From the NCBI GenBank assembly GCA_036172245.1, contig JAYWIR010000013.1, positions 2,852,001-2,916,000 of the forward strand: 64,000 nucleotides of DNA, in the 5' to 3' direction. This DNA comes from Raillietiella orientalis (taxonomy: Eukaryota). Position numbers and translations under genes: made by a program. Below the pieces are notes generated by a model. That model was given only the letters and a program-made list of their open reading frames with translations, did not search any database and was not told the DNA's origin. Positions 62,184-64,000 of the stretch are shown one piece after another. Numbering within the stretch: the first letter of the stretch is position 1; each line of letters starts with the position of its first letter.

Positions 62184-64000
62184 GTAAACTAGATTTATCC
62201 ATTTTTCTTTTTGTTTTGTTTTTATTTTTCGTCACTGTTGATGTTTATATTGCTTTTTTGCATTTGTAATTTATTTGTACTGTATAAGGTGACTGTACAT
62301 GATGGAAAAATAATTAACTGTATTTTGTTGGATTCATATGCTTTGATTTAAATGAGTATATGTTTGTATTAAAATTAGAGAAAAGTGACAAATGTGATTA
62401 TAAGATCACTTAATGAAAGATGAGACAGAAATTAATATAATGATGTTTATTTCACAAGCTCAGAATTCATGTATAGAGTTTTGCATTGATAGGTCAGCTG
62501 ATCAATGTATTGATCATGTGTTATTGAATTATTAACAGATGATTACTAAGTGAGCTGTATTTTTATTGTGTTATATGGAACACCATTTTTGTGTACGGCA
62601 TTAAATGGCAGCAGTTATTTAAATAGAGCAGTTGTGTAGTTCATTCACCTAATGGAACTACAATGAAGATGATCCTTCTGAGGGATTCTCATATTCACTC
62701 TTGAGCATGTGATCTCATGTTTTTTAATACTTGTTACATTAACAAACATTTCTTCTTTTGTTTCTTTTATTTTGGTACTTATTTGTTTATTTGTATGATA
62801 TGTAAAGTACTATTATCTGTGTCATGGGTTTTTTTGTTGTAGGATCTCACCCTAGAAATAATTTTTATCATTAATCTTCTGACATAGGAAAATCCATCTT
62901 CTCTTAAATCTCATCCAGCAAGATTTTTTTTTTCTTACTCTGCTAACCCAAGGTAACATTTTGTCCATTTCCTACTTTTCTCTTATCAGTAGTGCCTTCA
63001 AGCCACTGCTGCAGAGTCTGACAAAAAAATTATTTACAAATGGGTGCTACAAAATGCAACTATTGCCTTATAAGATTAAAGGCAATAGTTGCCCAGCATT
63101 CTTCACCACATAGCTTTTGTGTTCCATCCATTTTGTGTTTGTGTTTAGTCATGCTTGGTATTTAATCATAGCATGGTGTCTATGTATTTCTTCTATGTCT
63201 CAGGAATTTTGATTTACATCTGTAATTGTTTTGTGATTTCTTATGTGCATGATTCCTTCTTGCACATAGCACTTTTTCTTGCCATCATTAATTTTAGTTA
63301 ATGCCTTTGGCATCTAAGAAAATTAACAATTTGATGTATGATTTAAATATGCCTGAGCTTTTGTTTTTGTTGTTCATTTTTCCTTAATCTTTGTACTTCA
63401 TTTGTTTTCTGTGCTGATACGATGAAAAATTTGAAAATTTACGCTGTATTCATTTTTTGCTAAGAAGCCTTTCTTGTAGTCACTCTTTAGCGCTTCATTT
63501 TATTTAATTTTTTTTTCCAGTTGACATATGCTGGCTGCTTTAAAAAGGTGGCATTTCAGCCAACATTTCCGCGTTTTCCTTTTTCAAAAAGTGTATTCGT
63601 TTGTTTTGAGCGTTTGTTTCATTTTTCTTTCCTTGGTACAAATACAACAGTCTTCTATTATGTGGTATTCACGATTGCAGACTTCAGTTTAATGTTTTTT
63701 TCAATGCATAGGCTGACTATCCTTTAATTAAGTTTTCTTTTAACATCCCAAATGCGGTGGTCTTCAAATATGTAGGACATCTAATGGCAGCCAGTTTTTC
63801 ATTCAGCATATTTTGTACTCTGTTTGAAATCCTACCATGCCTAAACAGTTGAGTCAACTTCTTGGTTCCGATCTTTGTTTCATTTCTCGTAATATTCCTT
63901 AACTATGTTCACAATCAGACTCTTGTGCATTCTGTGTTACATTCATATTCGGTGTTTGTTACTTTCTCAGTTTTAGTTAGGATTCACTGTTTAAGGTTTA

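Overview
Eukaryotic genomic DNA, most likely an arthropod (divergent ionotropic receptor, arthropod-type IDH3B, 45-60 nt introns). It is not prokaryotic: I found no operons, CRISPR arrays, rRNA or intact tRNA genes. The left ~45 kb is GC- and CpG-rich. It carries decayed transposons (Tx1/L1-like LINE pieces, a mariner remnant, tRNA-derived SINE-like elements, a NeSL/Utopia-like endonuclease fragment), an intact intronless ionotropic chemoreceptor (9657-11366 +), a probable orphan multi-exon gene on the minus strand (~15.8-27.2 kb) and a large coiled-coil gene (from 33798 +). The right ~18 kb is AT-rich and CpG-poor. It holds IDH3B (7 resolved exons, 52298-55257), a decayed LINE and the 5' exons of a DHX30-like gene. 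The most unusual items are: a young ~770-bp tRNA-headed element with an internal ~40-bp mini-hairpin array, present twice at ~99% identity; a 5'-truncated NeSL/Utopia-like insertion with a 30-bp target-site duplication; and an orphan gene with repeated LxxLxE motifs. Several plausible exons carry 1-2 nt frameshifts, so assembly indel errors are likely. I cannot establish a new biological system from the sequence alone. All homology calls come from motif recognition, not database searches.
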